Source: Candidatus Uhrbacteria bacterium (GTDB lineage: Bacteria > Patescibacteriota > Patescibacteriia > UBA9934 > GWF2-40-263). From it: 55,861 bases of DNA. Positions 52,287 to 55,861 of this stretch are shown here, piece by piece (position 1 is the first letter of the stretch; each line of letters starts with the position of its first letter). The position numbers and the translations under genes are program-made. Below the pieces are notes generated by a model. It searched no databases. It saw only the letters and a program-made list of their open reading frames with translations, and was not told the origin of the DNA. Location of the stretch: NCBI GenBank assembly GCA_016235605.1, contig JACRJW010000023.1:1-55861 (forward strand), read 5' to 3'.

Positions 52287-52829
52287 TTAATACCCTCTCG
52301 TGTCCTTGCGCATTTTGTACAGTCGCTCAGTAAAGCCACCATCCACCATGAACTGACGCTCGAGCGCGCGCAGTTGCTGGTCGAGTAAATAGTTCGCTTG
52401 ATGAATAAGACAGATGGCAGTGTTGGCAGCGGATTCAGGTTTCTCACAATAGGACTTATAGGTCGAATAGGACCTATCCTCGAGGTAGGCGAGCTTTCGA
52501 ATTTTGAAAACCTCTGTGTGTGCTTTGTCCCATAATACCAGCTGTCGTTGACGAAGGTAATCCTCAAAGTCGAGTAACAACTCTTCCAGGCTCGCACAGG
52601 CCACACCGATCAACTTCAGTTCTGTTTTCTTGGATGTCCCAGACGCCTGACAACCTTCCGCAATGTTCTGGCGTCCCGAGCGCGCAGCCTGAACCATCTG
52701 ATCTTTCATGCGGTAGTCTTTCACAAAACGACCACAAAAATCTACCGTAAGATCGTAGACAATAGTCGTGGTCTGAAACGATTTCAGATCACGGTAACCA
52801 CCATGCGCAGGAATAAGGTTTTCCTCCAT
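52287..52829 (-). CDS. Four-helix-bundle protein (family first seen in 23S rRNA intervening sequences; Avd-related)
   Basis: 180 aa with HGGYRDLKSFQ...DQMVQAARSGRQNIAEG...SLEELLLDFEDYLRQR, as recalled for this family. Confidence 0.7.
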   Translation of the reverse strand: MEENLIPAHGGYRDLKSFQTTTIVYDLTVDFCGRFVKDYRMKDQMVQAARSGRQNIAEGCQASGTSKKTELKLIGVACASLEELLLDFEDYLRQRQLVLWDKAHTEVFKIRKLAYLEDRSYSTYKSYCEKPESAANTAICLIHQANYLLDQQLRALERQFMVDGGFTERLYKMRKDTRGY

Positions 52830-53044
52830 AGGTCGTATTGGTCCTATTCGACCTATGTACCGTGACAGCGCTTAAACTTGTCGAATGTGCCATGCGGTTG
52901 AGAACGCCGTTTTACGCGCCTAGGAGCCTTTTGAGAAGCTCGCCTCTATCTCACAGCTTGTCTCCTCAGGGATTTAACCCTAGGGAGGCGAGCTGTTAAT
53001 TGTGAAGGAACTTTACATGTACTTTATCAAACCTCAACACCATG

Positions 53045-53218
53045 TCAAGCACCATCTCCTGCTGATTTTTCCACAGATCGCCCAGACTCTCTCTCGTATA
53101 TTTCCCAAGCGGCTCGCACATCAATGTTAAAAAAATCAGCGAGCTGCCGGAAAGACCACCCTTCATTTTTCAGCTTTACCAGCATATCGTTTCGTTCTTG
53201 TTTCGGAGGATTCGCCAT
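53045..53218 (-). CDS. Small helix-turn-helix protein
   Basis: Internal start MANPPKQERNDMLVKLKNEGWSFRQLADFFNID gives 57 aa with an HTH-like segment. Confidence 0.45.
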   Translation of the reverse strand: MANPPKQERNDMLVKLKNEGWSFRQLADFFNIDVRAAWEIYERESGRSVEKSAGDGA

Positions 53219-53346
53219 AACAATAATCCTTATACTAACAAAACCCTCAAAAGACAACAAACCCACCACTCTTGACTGCCTGTTGATAACATGATAAGAA
53301 ATTCTCTCTCTATTTGCTAGAATGTAGCAAGATATAGGTGAGGGGT

Positions 53347-53433
53347 GGTACGCCGGACGGGATTTGCACCCGTATGTCCGCCCGGACGCTGCTTTTCAAG
53401 AGCAGTGCGTATGCTAGTTCCACCACCGGCGCT
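53347..53433 (-). tRNA. Type II (long variable arm) tRNA with UGA anticodon (Ser-type), non-canonical features
   Basis: Hand-folded 87 nt. Acceptor GCGCCGG/CCGGCGU (G1-U72), anticodon stem-loop CUGCU-CUUGAAA-AGCAG, a 15-nt variable arm, T arm ACGGG-UGCAAAU-CCCGU, and an encoded ACCA. The D loop lacks GG and T-loop position 55 is G. Confidence 0.55.
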
Positions 53434-53568
53434 CGACTTTTCACCTGTAAACACCACCCCACCATCACCGTTCGTTCGCTTTGGAAGTTCTACCAGATTG
53501 CAGGTTTCCCTCCGCAAGAGAAGAGACCTTCTGCTGATCGAACCTCTAAAATGAGCGAGCGGATTTTG

Positions 53569-53946
53569 TTACTCCATTGGCAATACAGCGGAACGGTATT
53601 TGCCATACTCCGCTTTTACAAGCAGACCGACTGTGGGTCGAACGGCATAGACCATTTTGTTTGCAATCACCTTCCTATCAATGTCTGGCCTAAATCCTGC
53701 AACAGCCTCAACAATGTCCTTGACTTGAAGAGGTTGGTTGGCATTTACCTCAAAAACCCGCTTGATTTCCTCTCGAATGTCCACACTGCGTGAGGAAGCT
53801 CCATTTACGATGGATTTTCCACCCACACGCTCTTGCCGATAAGCCCCAAGAAGTTTTTGTAGAGCCTCCATTTTTTGATCTAGTAGAGCACGTTTCTCGG
53901 TCAGCTCTTTGAGTTCCTGGTTTATTGTGGCTATGTTTAGACTCAT
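53569..53946 (-). CDS. Hypothetical protein (coiled coil plus a possible winged helix) downstream of the integrase
   Basis: Internal start MSLNIATINQELKEL..., 125 aa, no specific motif. Confidence 0.4.
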   Translation of the reverse strand: MSLNIATINQELKELTEKRALLDQKMEALQKLLGAYRQERVGGKSIVNGASSRSVDIREEIKRVFEVNANQPLQVKDIVEAVAGFRPDIDRKVIANKMVYAVRPTVGLLVKAEYGKYRSAVLPME

Positions 53947-53980
53947 ATATTGGGAAGTATAAGTGCAAGTGATTCTGATG

Positions 53981-54946
53981 TCAAATGTTCCTATACAAGA
54001 CTTCCCTGCCAATGTGTCGAACCCGTCTTTTGAATGGAGACTTAATTTGGCGGTATCTCGCCTCCAACTCGATGTCCGTCATCATCGTATAAATCGTCGA
54101 ACTTGCGAGACTTGAGTGACCAAGAATGTTCATCACGTCTGCTGCGCTTCCACCCCTCTTGATAACGTCATGCCCCATGTGATGTCGAAAGGCGTGCGCA
54201 TTGATGTACGGAATACCCGCACGATTGCAATAACGTCTCAACATTTCACCCACGCCCTTGATGGTAAATCGCCCTCCGGACGTGTCATGTGGCCCACCAC
54301 AAATTGAAATGAACAGTGCATCGGGTTCTTTGAGAATGAGTTGACCTGCTAAGCGTTTCCGTTTCTCGATCCATCGTACAAGTGCGTCATTGGTATCCCG
54401 CGTCCAAAAGATTTCTCGAATCGGGCGACGTCCTCGTGACTTCTCCGTCCGTATGATCGCTCGCATTCTCTCCAGATCAAGATCATTGACATCCAAGGAC
54501 ATGATCTCCCCGTTTCGTGCCCCAGAGTCCCAAAGCATCATCACGATCGCACGATTTCTTAAATGCCGACCATCATTTGTTTTTGAAGGTATCGCGGCTA
54601 GTAATTTCTTGAAACTTTCATCATCAACCACACGAGGTATCTTGTACTCCTTTCTAGGGATCGGGATCAGCTCAGGATCAATCACGGAAAGTCCTCTCAA
54701 CTGCCAGAACTCAAAAAATTTTCTAAACGACATGCACCGACCCACAAAACTATTTTCCTCCCAACCAATATCGCGCATCAAATTCAGATGCTCCATGACA
54801 TCCTGAAGCAAAATTGATTCAATGTCTGGATTCCGCAAAAACACACACAAATGTTTCAACGAAAATTCATAACCTTTTACGGTATTCTTTTTGACCTTAA
54901 ACTTTCGCCACTCACTGAACTCTTTGATTGCATCACTCATCAACAT
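53981..54946 (-). CDS. Tyrosine recombinase / phage-type integrase
   Basis: 321 aa with an N-terminal SAM-like core-binding region and catalytic blocks ARNGEI, HAFRHHMGH and LGHSSLASSTIY. Confidence 0.88.
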   Translation of the reverse strand: MLMSDAIKEFSEWRKFKVKKNTVKGYEFSLKHLCVFLRNPDIESILLQDVMEHLNLMRDIGWEENSFVGRCMSFRKFFEFWQLRGLSVIDPELIPIPRKEYKIPRVVDDESFKKLLAAIPSKTNDGRHLRNRAIVMMLWDSGARNGEIMSLDVNDLDLERMRAIIRTEKSRGRRPIREIFWTRDTNDALVRWIEKRKRLAGQLILKEPDALFISICGGPHDTSGGRFTIKGVGEMLRRYCNRAGIPYINAHAFRHHMGHDVIKRGGSAADVMNILGHSSLASSTIYTMMTDIELEARYRQIKSPFKRRVRHIGREVLYRNI

Positions 54947-55152
54947 AAGCCGCCCACACTACTCCTACCTCGGCTTGTAGACCTTAGCAGTTTCGGTGAA
55001 CGGCTTATGGATCGCAACACACTCGTATCTTTGCGTTGTGACCTATATTGAGAATACACCCAAAAATGGGCTTTCAAAAGCCGACCACCTCGTCTACAAG
55101 TACCCTATTGGGCTGCCAAAATGGCACGAGGGATCACTTAATGTGACTGTTC

Positions 55153-55193
55153 AAGGTAGCGATATTGACAAACATTGTCAAGTATTGTACGCT
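55153..55193. promoter_or_regulatory. 17-bp palindrome TTGACAA-ACA-TTGTCAA providing back-to-back -35 boxes for divergent promoters
   Basis: Palindrome at 55165-55181. On the plus strand, TTGACA-N17-TACGCT (55188-55193) points toward the RHH gene. On the minus strand, TTGACA-N17-TACCTT (55158-55153) points toward the integrase. Confidence 0.45.
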
Positions 55194-55215
55194 AAAATTG
55201 TAATTGATCTTTTTT

Positions 55216-55377
55216 ATGCGAAAAGTAAAAACTGTTTGTATCACATTGCCACAAGAACTGATCGTACTCGTCGATAAGGAGCGCGTGCGTTTGCGAATGG
55301 CATCAAGGAGCGAGTACTTTCGACACATCATCCGACTTTGTTCTGAAAACAGGACTACTAAAAAAGGATATGCCTAA
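55216..55377 (+). CDS. Ribbon-helix-helix (CopG/Arc-like) protein
   Basis: A 53-aa ORF not in the ORF track: MRKVKTVCITLPQELIVLVDKERVRLRMASRSEYFRHIIRLCSENRTTKKGYA. The beta-strand plus two helices fit the RHH family. Confidence 0.6.
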   Translation: MRKVKTVCITLPQELIVLVDKERVRLRMASRSEYFRHIIRLCSENRTTKKGYA

Positions 55378-55597
55378 CTACTTCTTCGACACCCCAGCTA
55401 ATCAAAAGACACCGGTGACCCAAGAGCAGTACGCACCTGCCTATAGAGCCTCTCCTACTTACGCCATGAGAATTGCGGCAGCCAAGTCGATCCCTCAGAA
55501 GGATGAACGCGAGAAGGCTTTGGAACAAGCAGAGGAACTCACCGATTTCGATAACAACATGCTCTTTGGGAGGATTGAGTACAATGAAAATGATTAG
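55370..55597 (+). CDS. Hypothetical 75-aa protein overlapping the RHH gene by 8 nt
   Basis: ORF-track entry with operon-like overlap. No motif recognised. Confidence 0.4.
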   Translation: MPNYFFDTPANQKTPVTQEQYAPAYRASPTYAMRIAAAKSIPQKDEREKALEQAEELTDFDNNMLFGRIEYNEND

Positions 55598-55854
55598 CTA
55601 TGTCCCAAAATAAAATTGAACTGTTCAATGGACAGACCCCGGGGGAATTGCTTCAGACTCTGGGTATACCCAAGGACTTTCATGTGACTCATATGCTCGG
55701 CGTAGCCATTGAGGACGTACCAAGACGCTATCTGACCGTATTCCTTGAGGGTGCCATCTTCGAGGCTCGAAGCATCCGTAAGCGTCTCGAAGAGGCATTT
55801 GAGCTCGGAGATAAACTCGAAAAGGATGCAGGTCTTAAAGAAGAAATCATACAA
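55594..55854 (-). CDS. Hypothetical protein, possibly N-terminally truncated by the window edge
   Basis: An 86-aa ORF convergent with 55370-55597, reaching within 7 nt of the window end. Confidence 0.3.
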   Translation of the reverse strand: MYDFFFKTCILFEFISELKCLFETLTDASSLEDGTLKEYGQIASWYVLNGYAEHMSHMKVLGYTQSLKQFPRGLSIEQFNFILGHS

Positions 55855-55861
55855 AAAAATG

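Noticed and set aside
52287-52829. The four-helix-bundle (Avd-like) gene could mark a diversity-generating retroelement.
   Set aside because: No reverse transcriptase ORF and no template/variable repeat pair was found anywhere in the window.
53347-53433. On the plus strand the tRNA region has an anticodon-like loop TTTCAAG, i.e. a UCA anticodon (UGA suppressor or Sec).
   Set aside because: On the plus strand the long extra arm would fall between the D arm and the anticodon stem, and there is no CCA or T arm. The minus-strand cloverleaf is complete. TGA also terminates conserved genes (corA, priA, def, HD hydrolase), so UGA recoding is unsupported.
1-55861. CRISPR arrays, rRNA genes, tmRNA and RNase P RNA were looked for across the window.
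   Set aside because: No regularly spaced direct repeats and no long non-coding stretch able to hold these RNAs were seen. The largest non-coding gaps are about 100-270 nt and are accounted for above.

Overview
The window reads as a gene-dense bacterial chromosome segment using the standard genetic code; TGA terminates conserved genes such as corA, priA and def. It looks Patescibacteria/CPR-like, which is an inference from three things. Housekeeping genes mostly lack Shine-Dalgarno sequences. Several core proteins are reduced (RpoA, AlaRS, PriA-like). There are four-helix-bundle and VirD4-like accessory genes. The core content is greA-lysS-alr-ftsQ, gltX, a CIRCE-controlled clpB, priA-def-fmt, a glycan cluster (O-antigen-ligase-like, GT4-GT2, Wzx-like flippase), the infA-rpmJ-rpsM-rpsK-rpsD-rpoA-rplQ-rplM-rpsI operon, alaS, murJ, corA, era, mnmA and secDF. 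The most unusual signal is non-coding. Two families of long rod-like hairpin elements (about 96-131 nt, two copies each) sit directly after stop codons and differ by compensatory base-pair changes (29475-29600 with 35310-35440; 20088-20183 with 41152-41250). A G-free CCTACAACC leader motif also recurs in front of start codons. Accessory or odd coding content includes two orphan genes and a Tat-signal orphan that carry strong GGAGG sites, unlike their neighbours. There is also a VirD4-like ATPase with two C-terminal CxxC-x17-CxxC ribbons coupled to a membrane protein, SecD with an inserted tandem parvulin module, and a kinase-like orphan next to hicBA. A lower-GC integrase region with an aberrant type II tRNA begins at about 52.8 kb. 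Three genes are decayed: a LigB-like gene with an in-frame TAA, maf with a frameshift plus TAG, and a RayT-like transposase remnant bounded by a perfect 20-bp inverted repeat. No CRISPR array, rRNA or reverse transcriptase was seen. All calls rest on reading the sequence and motif recognition by eye, with no database searches.
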